Below are positions 46,792 to 55,238 of a stretch of 64,000 nucleotides of DNA, piece after piece. Position 1 is the stretch's first letter. Every line of letters begins with the position of its first letter. Where the stretch lies: positions 44,484 through 108,483 of the forward strand of contig JBNMLZ010000001.1 of assembly GCA_050875085.1 (NCBI GenBank), read 5' to 3'. The stretch is from Prevotella sp. (GTDB taxonomy: Bacteria > Bacteroidota > Bacteroidia > Bacteroidales > Bacteroidaceae). The translations under genes were made by a program, and so were the position numbers. Below the pieces are notes generated by a model. It made no database searches. It was not told where the DNA came from and was given only the letters and a program-made list of their open reading frames with translations.

Positions 46792-49700
46792 ATGTTCAAG
46801 ACAACCCTTAAACCTGTAATATTCCTGATTCTGCTGCTTCTATGCCAGACCACGGCAGCAGCCCAGACCTTCGACAACGTTAGCATTGCCGGAGCGTCAT
46901 CAGTGTGCTCCATTGCGCAGGACGAGCAAGGCATGGTGTGGTTCGGCACGGAACACGGACTCTATGCCTACGACGGCTACCGCACCATCCCCCACAACAC
47001 CACCGCCGGCGGCACCAATGTCAACACGCGCGTACACTCCATGTACATGCGCCACAACATCATATACATGGGCACAGAGGGCGGATTGCTCGTATACGAC
47101 ATACGCCAAGGACGCTACATTTACCCAAAGAACGACAAGACAGCACAGCTTAACACTGGCGACATACGCGCCGTGGCGAAGCACGGCGACCGCCTGTGGC
47201 TCGGCGGGGCAAGGGGACTCTTCAGCCGCAGCATTCAGACAGGCGAGATGCGCACGGAGAACAACCATCTGCACAACATCTACTCACTGCTGTCCACCCC
47301 ACGCGGATTGCTCGTCGGCACAATATCGGGTCTGTGGCTCTTCACGGGCGGCAAGGCGCAGCCCATACGCATCGGCGAGGGCGCGCAGCCTCTCGTCAAC
47401 GCGCTTGCCAAGGATGTCAACGGAATATGGATAGGCACCGAGGGCGCCCTCTACCACTACGACTGGCACACGATGACAGCCGTCATTGGTCTCGCGGGCA
47501 ACTCCATCAAATCGCTCTCGCTCCAAGGCGACAACCTGTATGCAGGAACCGACAACGGACTCTACATATACAACCGCAAGACCAACGCCATTGCCCACGC
47601 CCTGCACGACTCGCGCTCGCCGCGCACCATCGCCAACAACATCGTGTGGGCTGTAGCAGCCGACCGTTGGGGCAACATCTGGGCTGGCACCGACCAAGGC
47701 GTGTCGGGACTGCGCAACCGCAGGTTCTTCACACTGACACCTCTGAGCGACATCACACAGACGGGCGACGGCAACTGCCTGCACCTTATCTACCGCAGCC
47801 GCGGCGACATGCTGTGGCTCGGCGGTACCAACGGACTCATCAGCTACCACGCCTCACACGGACTAATGCCCGACTCGCCTGCCAACATCGCATGGTTCCG
47901 ACAGACATCCACCACACACTACATGTCGCACAACCGCGTGCGCCGCGTCTATGAAGACCGCGACGGCACCATTATCGTGTGCACCGACCACGGACTGAAC
48001 ATCTACAACCCGCTGACGCGGCAGATGCGCAACGTGATCGTCACCGACGCCTCGCGGCGCTACAACACGGCGTGGGCGTATGACATAGTTGACGACGGAC
48101 AAGGCCGTTACTGGATATGCTCGTATATGGGTGGCGTGTTTGTCATATCCAAGGACAAGCTGCTGCGCCCAGCGTCGGCAACCGTCGTGGCAGACCGCCA
48201 TTTCGCCGGTGAGTTGCAGGGCATACACGTGTGGCAACTCGTGGCTGACGGACGGGGCAGGATATGGGCACGCATGTACGACCGCGGACTCGACCGCATA
48301 GACCCGCGCACCATGCGCGTGGAACATGTCGTGGCTGGCGACCGACTCGTCAATGACATCTACGCCGACCACGACGGCAACATCTGGGCGGCAATGGACG
48401 GCGAGATACGCTGCTTCGGAATGAAGAAAGCCGATGACCGCAGTTTCCGCGTGTCGGGCTACAAGGCCGATGACGCCGCGCTGCTGTGTGAGGTGGAGGG
48501 CGACATTTGGGCGATAATAGGTCAGGACTGCTGCATATTCTCACCAAACGGCATGTCGACACGCTTCTCGATGAAGGGATTCCAACCCCTGTCAATTTCC
48601 TACGACAGCACATCAAAGTGCGTGCTGTTTGGCGGCAACGACGCGGTGGCGAGTGTGCCGACAGACAACCTCGTGTTTTTCTACCCGAAACCCAAGCTCA
48701 ACAACAATGCGCGTGGCGGCATGATGATAGCCAATGAGCGCGACTACGGATTACCTGAGTTCAAGAAATTCTTCCTGCTCTCGGGACTGCTCGTGGATGG
48801 CGAGTCGTATGTGCCCGATGATGGCGCACCGACATATCTCTCCGAACTCACGCTCACGGCACGACAGAACAACATCACGTTCCTCTTCACCGACCTGCCA
48901 ATGGCAGGCAAGCAACCATGCGTGTATGCCTACCGACTTGAAGGCATCGACCACGAATGGCAATACATGCACGGCGAACGGCTGGAGATAAGCTACAGCG
49001 CGCTGCCTCCAGGCGAATACACGCTGCGCGTGTGCGAGGTTGACGGACTGGGCAAGACGGAGCATGAGGTCTACTCGCTGCGCGTGACCATACTTCCGCC
49101 ATGGTATTTGTCGGCATGGGCAAAGATGTTCTATCTGCTTGTAGTGGCAGGACTTGTGGCATGGACAATGAAATTTGTAATCATGCGCCGCCGTCTGCGC
49201 GAGGAGCGCGAGGCAAAGGAGCGTGTCATGCAGGAGTTGTCGGCTCGACAGGCGTTCTTCGACAACCTCTCACGCCAACTCAAGCAGCCACTCGGGGCTA
49301 TGTTTTCTTCGGTGCTTGACATGCTGCACAGCGAGAAGGATGCCAGCGAGACGCAACGGTTGGAACATATGCGCCACAGCATCATCAGCCTCAACACCAT
49401 CGCCTACCGAGCCTTCGACATGCAGCAAACCGCCGACAAGCAACACACGGGCGAGAAAATCACCACCGACCTGGTGGACTTCTGCCGACGGGCTGCCGAC
49501 GATGCACGCCGAAAGTACGGCAAGGCGGTGGAGATTGTTTTTCGAACGGATGTGACAGCGGCTTATGCGGCTGTCGACTTGGTGAGAATGCAGCCAATAG
49601 TGGACTCGCTCATCGACTTTGCCGTCAGCCACAACAAGAACGGAGGAAGCATTGCCATCGGCGTGGCGGCAAGCGGCGGCAAGGCTGTGGTGAGCGTGGA

Positions 49701-50295
49701 CGTGCCTGGACTGAGGATAAAGAGCGAGGACATGCCACTTGTGTTCAACCGCTACTTCACACTGACAGATGACGGCACAAAGCATGACGTGGGAGTAAAC
49801 ACACTCGCACTCGTGAAGGAGTTTGCCAGCCAGAACAGCGCCACGGCAAGCATCGGGCAGACTGACGATGCGACACGCGTCAGCATGACATTTGAAACGC
49901 TCAGCACAACCACACCAGCCCACAACTCCACACTCTCCGTCTCACGCCCCACTCCACCCACCACACCCGACAACGCGGAAGCGCGGCTGCTGGCGAGAAT
50001 CACCGACACTGTGGAGGAGCACATCGCCGACTCCGACTTCAACGTGACACGACTGCAGGAGACTCTCGGCATAGGCTCAAAACTGCTCTACCGCAAGGTG
50101 AAGCAGATGACGGGCAAGACACCAGTGGAGTTCATACGCCACATCCGCTTGCAGCGTGCCGCCATGCTGCTGCGCGAGGGAAAGTTCTCGGTGTCGGAGG
50201 TTATGTACATGGTGGGATTCTCCAACTCCAGCTACTTCTCGAAGATGTTCCAGAAGGCGTATGGCATCACGCCAACGGAGTTTGCGCGTGGCTGA
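46792..50295 (+). CDS. HTCS-like regulator: beta-propeller sensor, Y_Y_Y, TM, degenerate kinase, AraC HTH, no receiver domain
   Basis: WFGTEHGL-type repeats, YAYRLEG..LPPGEY, PPWY, FFDNLSRQLKQPL, LYRKVKQMTG..VGFSNSSYFSK. Confidence 0.85.
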   Translation: MFKTTLKPVIFLILLLLCQTTAAAQTFDNVSIAGASSVCSIAQDEQGMVWFGTEHGLYAYDGYRTIPHNTTAGGTNVNTRVHSMYMRHNIIYMGTEGGLLVYDIRQGRYIYPKNDKTAQLNTGDIRAVAKHGDRLWLGGARGLFSRSIQTGEMRTENNHLHNIYSLLSTPRGLLVGTISGLWLFTGGKAQPIRIGEGAQPLVNALAKDVNGIWIGTEGALYHYDWHTMTAVIGLAGNSIKSLSLQGDNLYAGTDNGLYIYNRKTNAIAHALHDSRSPRTIANNIVWAVAADRWGNIWAGTDQGVSGLRNRRFFTLTPLSDITQTGDGNCLHLIYRSRGDMLWLGGTNGLISYHASHGLMPDSPANIAWFRQTSTTHYMSHNRVRRVYEDRDGTIIVCTDHGLNIYNPLTRQMRNVIVTDASRRYNTAWAYDIVDDGQGRYWICSYMGGVFVISKDKLLRPASATVVADRHFAGELQGIHVWQLVADGRGRIWARMYDRGLDRIDPRTMRVEHVVAGDRLVNDIYADHDGNIWAAMDGEIRCFGMKKADDRSFRVSGYKADDAALLCEVEGDIWAIIGQDCCIFSPNGMSTRFSMKGFQPLSISYDSTSKCVLFGGNDAVASVPTDNLVFFYPKPKLNNNARGGMMIANERDYGLPEFKKFFLLSGLLVDGESYVPDDGAPTYLSELTLTARQNNITFLFTDLPMAGKQPCVYAYRLEGIDHEWQYMHGERLEISYSALPPGEYTLRVCEVDGLGKTEHEVYSLRVTILPPWYLSAWAKMFYLLVVAGLVAWTMKFVIMRRRLREEREAKERVMQELSARQAFFDNLSRQLKQPLGAMFSSVLDMLHSEKDASETQRLEHMRHSIISLNTIAYRAFDMQQTADKQHTGEKITTDLVDFCRRAADDARRKYGKAVEIVFRTDVTAAYAAVDLVRMQPIVDSLIDFAVSHNKNGGSIAIGVAASGGKAVVSVDVPGLRIKSEDMPLVFNRYFTLTDDGTKHDVGVNTLALVKEFASQNSATASIGQTDDATRVSMTFETLSTTTPAHNSTLSVSRPTPPTTPDNAEARLLARITDTVEEHIADSDFNVTRLQETLGIGSKLLYRKVKQMTGKTPVEFIRHIRLQRAAMLLREGKFSVSEVMYMVGFSNSSYFSKMFQKAYGITPTEFARG

Positions 50296-50389
50296 CACCT
50301 GAAGTCATTGACAAAACCGCGCCGTTCGTTGAATAAAATTTCGTAATATATAGAATATGTATACATTTGCGCTATCTAATAACTCCAAA

Positions 50390-51526
50390 ATGAACTACCG
50401 CAAGGAACATATTATATACACGCTGATGTGGATAGTGCTCTATCTCGCGCCAGTGATGGGTCTCTATATGCGAATGTCAAACGACCCGCATATAGACTTC
50501 TCATGGATGGAAATACTCAACGCATGGAAGTTCAACACCGTGTGGCTCGCGCTCTTTACGGTACACAACTTCCTGCTCCTGCCCATTCTTCTCGTCAAGC
50601 GGCGCACATTGCTCTACACACTGCTGAGCATGGTGATGATCGGCGCGGCTGTAGTGGTGCTGTTCCTCATACGACCGGCACACCACGACCGCCCACGCCA
50701 TTGGCAACAGCGCATCGAGATGATGAAGCAAGACGGCGACGACATGGCAAAGCACGACTACAAGCCGATGTACAAGCCACCAAGACATCCCGACCGCTTC
50801 GTGGGGCCACTGCCTATACTCGGTCCGGGCGAGATGGTGGCAGCCATAGGCGGGCTGCTGCTCATGGGCATGAACCTCGGCGTGAAGCTGTACTTCAAGT
50901 CGCAGGAAGACTCGAAGGCTCTCGTGCAGATTGAGCGGCAGAACCTTGAGCGCCAGCTGGAATACCTGAAGTATCAGGTGAACCCCCACTTCTTCATGAA
51001 CACGCTCAACAACATCCACGCCCTTGTCGACATCGACCCCGAACGCGCCAAGACAACCATAGTGGAACTGTCGAAGATGATGCGCTACATACTGTATGAA
51101 GGCAACAACCGGCTCATCCCACTTCCGCGCGAGGTGCAGTTCCTGCAAAACTACGTGCAGTTGATGAGCCTGCGCTACACCGACCGCGTGAGCATACACC
51201 TGGATGTGCCGCAAAACCTGCCCGACAAGATGCTGCCGCCGCTGCTGCTCATCATATTCGTGGAGAACGCCTTCAAACACGGCATCAGCTACCGCACGGA
51301 GTCGTTCGTGAACATAAGCATCAGCACCATGGCAGACCAACTGCTGTTCTGCTGCACAAACAGCAAGCCGGCACAACCTGCCACCGACCAGAAAAAGGGA
51401 GGAATGGGACTGCGCAACGTGCGCCGGCGACTCGACCTGCTGTTTCCCAAGAAATACAAACTCGACATAAAGGACGGCGACACGGAATACAACGTAAGAC
51501 TGGAAATTCCACTCACAAAACAGTAG
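50390..51526 (+). CDS. LytS/YehU-family sensor histidine kinase
   Basis: LKYQVNPHFFMNTLNNI, FVENAFKHG, GMGLRNVRRRL. TACATTTG promoter at 50362-50369 favours ATG 50390. Confidence 0.9.
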   Translation: MNYRKEHIIYTLMWIVLYLAPVMGLYMRMSNDPHIDFSWMEILNAWKFNTVWLALFTVHNFLLLPILLVKRRTLLYTLLSMVMIGAAVVVLFLIRPAHHDRPRHWQQRIEMMKQDGDDMAKHDYKPMYKPPRHPDRFVGPLPILGPGEMVAAIGGLLLMGMNLGVKLYFKSQEDSKALVQIERQNLERQLEYLKYQVNPHFFMNTLNNIHALVDIDPERAKTTIVELSKMMRYILYEGNNRLIPLPREVQFLQNYVQLMSLRYTDRVSIHLDVPQNLPDKMLPPLLLIIFVENAFKHGISYRTESFVNISISTMADQLLFCCTNSKPAQPATDQKKGGMGLRNVRRRLDLLFPKKYKLDIKDGDTEYNVRLEIPLTKQ

Positions 51527-51556
51527 TCCGACACCTCCTGCAATAAACCCAAAAAT

Positions 51557-52309
51557 ATGATAAGAACACTCGTTATCGACGACGAGCCACTCGCCCTGCA
51601 GCAGCTCGCCGCATACACCAGAAAGATACCCTTCCTCGAACTTGTAGACCAATGCCAGAGTGCAATCGAGGCGCGTGAGATAATCAACCGCGAAAGGATT
51701 GACGCCATATTCATCGACATCAACATGCCCGACATCAACGGCATGGACTTCGTGCGCTCACTGGCGGCACCGCCTCTCGTGGTGTTCACGACAGCCTACT
51801 CAGAATATGCAGTGGACGGCTACAAGGTGGATGCCGTTGACTACCTGCTGAAACCCTTCGGACTCGACGACTTCAAGCGTGCCGCACAAAGGGTGAAGAA
51901 GCGCTATGAGCTTGAAAATGCCACAGCAATGCCTCAAGCCACACCTTCAACCCTGCCGACAGAACAACAACCCACAAGCTCCAACGACGACCTGTTTCTC
52001 AAGACCGACCACCGCGTGGTGCGCATCGCCATATCCGACATACGCTATGTGGAGGGCATGTCGGAGTATCTTAAGATTTACATTGAGAACCAGCGCCCAC
52101 TGGTCGTGCTCCTGAGCATGAAAAAAATGGAAGAACGGCTTCCCGACAACTTCCTACGGATACACCGTTCATACATCGTGAACATGCGCAAGGTGCGGGA
52201 AGTGACGAAAAGCCGTATCGTTATGGATGCTGACACTTATCTGCCAGTGGGCGACATCTACAAGGAAGCGCTCGGAAAATATCTGGAAGACAAGTATCTG
52301 GGGAGATAA
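51557..52309 (+). CDS. LytTR-family response regulator
   Basis: IDDEPLA, DINMPDING, FTTAYSEYA, YLLKP, FLRIHRSYIVN. Confidence 0.93.
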   Translation: MIRTLVIDDEPLALQQLAAYTRKIPFLELVDQCQSAIEAREIINRERIDAIFIDINMPDINGMDFVRSLAAPPLVVFTTAYSEYAVDGYKVDAVDYLLKPFGLDDFKRAAQRVKKRYELENATAMPQATPSTLPTEQQPTSSNDDLFLKTDHRVVRIAISDIRYVEGMSEYLKIYIENQRPLVVLLSMKKMEERLPDNFLRIHRSYIVNMRKVREVTKSRIVMDADTYLPVGDIYKEALGKYLEDKYLGR

Positions 52310-52339
52310 GAATATATAGAATAATAGAAGTAAGGCAGC

Positions 52340-53140
52340 CTAACGCTGCCTTATTTTTATGTCCGTATATATTGGACGGTGGTCGGATGCCTGAGTGTCT
52401 ACTACCGTGGCGTTCTTTGACTGCACTCGCCTAACGCTGTTCTTATACACTGCAATATAGTCGAGACATTCCGTCGGAGTGTCCGATGGCCACGACAGCG
52501 AGTTGCTGCTGCAAATGGTGAACGACTCCTGCAAAGCCTTCACAAACGGTGAGTCGGGATGCGCGTTCCAGTCACCTGCCAAGATGAAAGGTTTATCATA
52601 GCTTTTTGCTATATCTTCAATTATAGGCAGCGACTGCATACGCTCAGCCTCATCGAGCGACAGATGGGTGCAGGCAAACACATAATCGGCAAACTCGGCA
52701 ACAAGAATGGTGCGAGCCTCGTCCTTGCCTGGCAACGGATACTGGCTTGTGCGCAATGGCTGTTGGCGCGAGAGGATGCCTATGCCGTATTTTCCGCCAT
52801 CATAGTTAATTGTTGGAGCGTAGGTGGCATGATAGTGCATCACGTCGGCTATAGCGCCAAGCGAATAGGTATTGGACGTGCGGTGGGTCATGCTGTCTAC
52901 CTCCTGCACTGCCACCACCTCGGCGTTGATGCCGGTCAGCACACCGGCTGTGCGCGGATAGTTGAGTTTGCCGTCCATGCCCTCGCCACGCTGGATATTA
53001 TACGATGCCACACGCAACTGCAACTCCCGTGCAGACCCTTTTGACTGGGCCGACACGGGAGTTGAAGAAACAAGGATTGCTGACAGCGCCAATGCTGAGA
53101 GCGAACTGTCAAGAATTCTTTTTATTATTGATTTATTCAT
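52340..53140 (-). CDS. Endonuclease/exonuclease/phosphatase family secreted protein
   Basis: SYNI, QEVD, THL, AGDWN, LDYI, SDHRP. Confidence 0.88.
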   Translation of the reverse strand: MNKSIIKRILDSSLSALALSAILVSSTPVSAQSKGSARELQLRVASYNIQRGEGMDGKLNYPRTAGVLTGINAEVVAVQEVDSMTHRTSNTYSLGAIADVMHYHATYAPTINYDGGKYGIGILSRQQPLRTSQYPLPGKDEARTILVAEFADYVFACTHLSLDEAERMQSLPIIEDIAKSYDKPFILAGDWNAHPDSPFVKALQESFTICSSNSLSWPSDTPTECLDYIAVYKNSVRRVQSKNATVVDTQASDHRPIYTDIKIRQR

Positions 53141-53149
53141 TCCTATTTT

Positions 53150-55216
53150 TTACTTCACTACAACTTTCTTGCCATTCACGACATAAATGCCCTTGGCTAC
53201 GCCTTGCAATGCCTCCTGCATGGAAACGGCTGTCGCGAAACGGCGCACTGTCCTGCCGTCGAGCGAGACGACGGTTGTAGGAACAGCCGACTGAATGCCG
53301 CCGGCAACCACACCTGCAATGGCTGTGGGCTGCTCACTGGTGACATCCTTCACGAGATAATGTCCCTGGTCGTCGGTTTCAGGCTGGATTTCAAAGTAAG
53401 AAGTGGCTGTGACACCGCTCACGTTGACAGTCTGCACACCATCCTTCTCGGCAAACACGAAGTTCACGTAGTCGGTAGGAGTGTTGATGTTGAATGTCTT
53501 GGCATACCACTGCTTGCCGTTCTGCGTGGTTGCGGTCGTCACGTTGTCGCCCGGCCACTTAGTGTTTGACGGCTTATGGCTGTCATCACCGCCCCATGTC
53601 CAGAAGTAGGCATTGTTCCAGCCCACCTTTTCTGTATTAACATACACCGACATCGTGTAAGGCTTGAAGCTCTTCACCTCGTAGACGCGGGTCTGCACGC
53701 CACTCACGCTGCCACCTGCAAGCACTCCAACTTTAAGCGTGGTATTGCCGTAAGGGATGGTTATAGCGCCACCATTTGCAACCTTGGCGCTCCCGGCAGT
53801 AGGCTCAGTGCCATCGAGAGTATACACAAGCTGTGCTCCGGAATTGGCAGACACGGCACGCAACGTAACCGACGGCTCGTTGTAGTAGACACCCGACGGC
53901 AGCGACGGCCATGCCGTCTCCTGCGAGGTCTCGATAAAGTAGCGCCAGTGGTAGCCCTCGGCAGCGAGAGCGTAGCCCGACGGGGCGTTGTACTTGTTGG
54001 CTGTTGTGCCCACGGCGGCAAGCAGCTTGCCATTGGTGCCCGTTGAGGTGAACACGAAACGGCCGGTCGTGCTCTCCTCACGCTTGTAGGCACTCTGGTT
54101 GTTGATGCCGACGAGGTTGCGCAAGAGAATCATCTGTTTGATGTCCTGTTTGCAGTCAATCCAATGCTTGTAGAACACGCACGGCGTGCCTGGCATACCG
54201 AGTATGTAGGCGTTGGCGGCGAGGGTGTCCTTGCGTAGCGGGTCCTGCTCGGAGCCTTCGCGCTTCTCGGTGTCGTGGTTCTCAACGAAAGTCACGGCAT
54301 AGCGCTTGTAGGTGTTGTTGGTTGCCAATCCACCGTCGGAGAGTTTTGCCCAATTGCCGTTGTTGGCGGCGTCGCGCACGGTGTAGCGTATGGTGAAGTC
54401 GAATGTGGCAGACTGTATCTTGCCGTCCACCTTGGTAGCCTGCAACCACTCCATGAGAACCGACTTGTTGCCATCCCAATACTCGCCTACAGAGAACTCA
54501 GGCTTGGCATCGGCATTGTACATGCCGGTGAACTTGCCGGCATAGCCCTTCGTCATGTCGTAGCGGAATCCGGCATAGCCAAAATCGTTGAGGAGCATGT
54601 GGAGATAGTCCTTGACCGTGTTCTGCACGTTGGCGGAGTTGTGGTCGAGGTCGCGCATACCGCTCCAGTCCTCACCCGTGTCCTCATTGGCACTGAGGCT
54701 CACACCCTGTTGCTTGGCAGCGGCAGCGGCCTTGCCACCGTCGTCATTGGCGCACACGTCGGCAGCGGTCATGGTGTAGGTCTTGCCATTATAGGTCTCT
54801 ACGGGGAAGTCGAACCAGTCCTTTATGGTACCGCGGTGGTTAATCACCACGTCGGCAATCGTGCCTATGCCTTTCTGCTTGAAAGTGTTAATCATCGAAC
54901 GGAGCTGCTGCTCAGAGCCGAACGACGAGTTGTAGTTGCTGAACCAGTAGAGGTCGTTGTAGCCCATCGACTTGCCGCCGCACGACGCGCTCTGCGGAAT
55001 CCACACGAGCTTGAAGTACGGTGCAAACTCATCTGCCTGTGCCTCAAGCTTTGTCCATGCAGAGGCATCATAGCTGTCCCAGTAGAAACCCTGGAGCATC
55101 ACACCCTGATATTTCTCCGGCCAACCTTGGGCTGAAGCGGGCAGGGCAAGAAGCCCTAACCCAAGTCCGCACAATGAGCGGGCTATAGTTTTATTGAATA
55201 TACGATTTGGTTTCAT
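53150..55216 (-). CDS. GH13 alpha-amylase with starch-binding module and T9SS-like CTD
   Basis: MLQGFYWD, DVVINH, GFRYDMTKG, VGEYWD, FVENHD; C-terminal KGIYVVNGKKVVVK. Confidence 0.9.
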   Translation of the reverse strand: MKPNRIFNKTIARSLCGLGLGLLALPASAQGWPEKYQGVMLQGFYWDSYDASAWTKLEAQADEFAPYFKLVWIPQSASCGGKSMGYNDLYWFSNYNSSFGSEQQLRSMINTFKQKGIGTIADVVINHRGTIKDWFDFPVETYNGKTYTMTAADVCANDDGGKAAAAAKQQGVSLSANEDTGEDWSGMRDLDHNSANVQNTVKDYLHMLLNDFGYAGFRYDMTKGYAGKFTGMYNADAKPEFSVGEYWDGNKSVLMEWLQATKVDGKIQSATFDFTIRYTVRDAANNGNWAKLSDGGLATNNTYKRYAVTFVENHDTEKREGSEQDPLRKDTLAANAYILGMPGTPCVFYKHWIDCKQDIKQMILLRNLVGINNQSAYKREESTTGRFVFTSTGTNGKLLAAVGTTANKYNAPSGYALAAEGYHWRYFIETSQETAWPSLPSGVYYNEPSVTLRAVSANSGAQLVYTLDGTEPTAGSAKVANGGAITIPYGNTTLKVGVLAGGSVSGVQTRVYEVKSFKPYTMSVYVNTEKVGWNNAYFWTWGGDDSHKPSNTKWPGDNVTTATTQNGKQWYAKTFNINTPTDYVNFVFAEKDGVQTVNVSGVTATSYFEIQPETDDQGHYLVKDVTSEQPTAIAGVVAGGIQSAVPTTVVSLDGRTVRRFATAVSMQEALQGVAKGIYVVNGKKVVVK

Positions 55217-55238
55217 AAAGTATATCGGTTTAAAGTTA

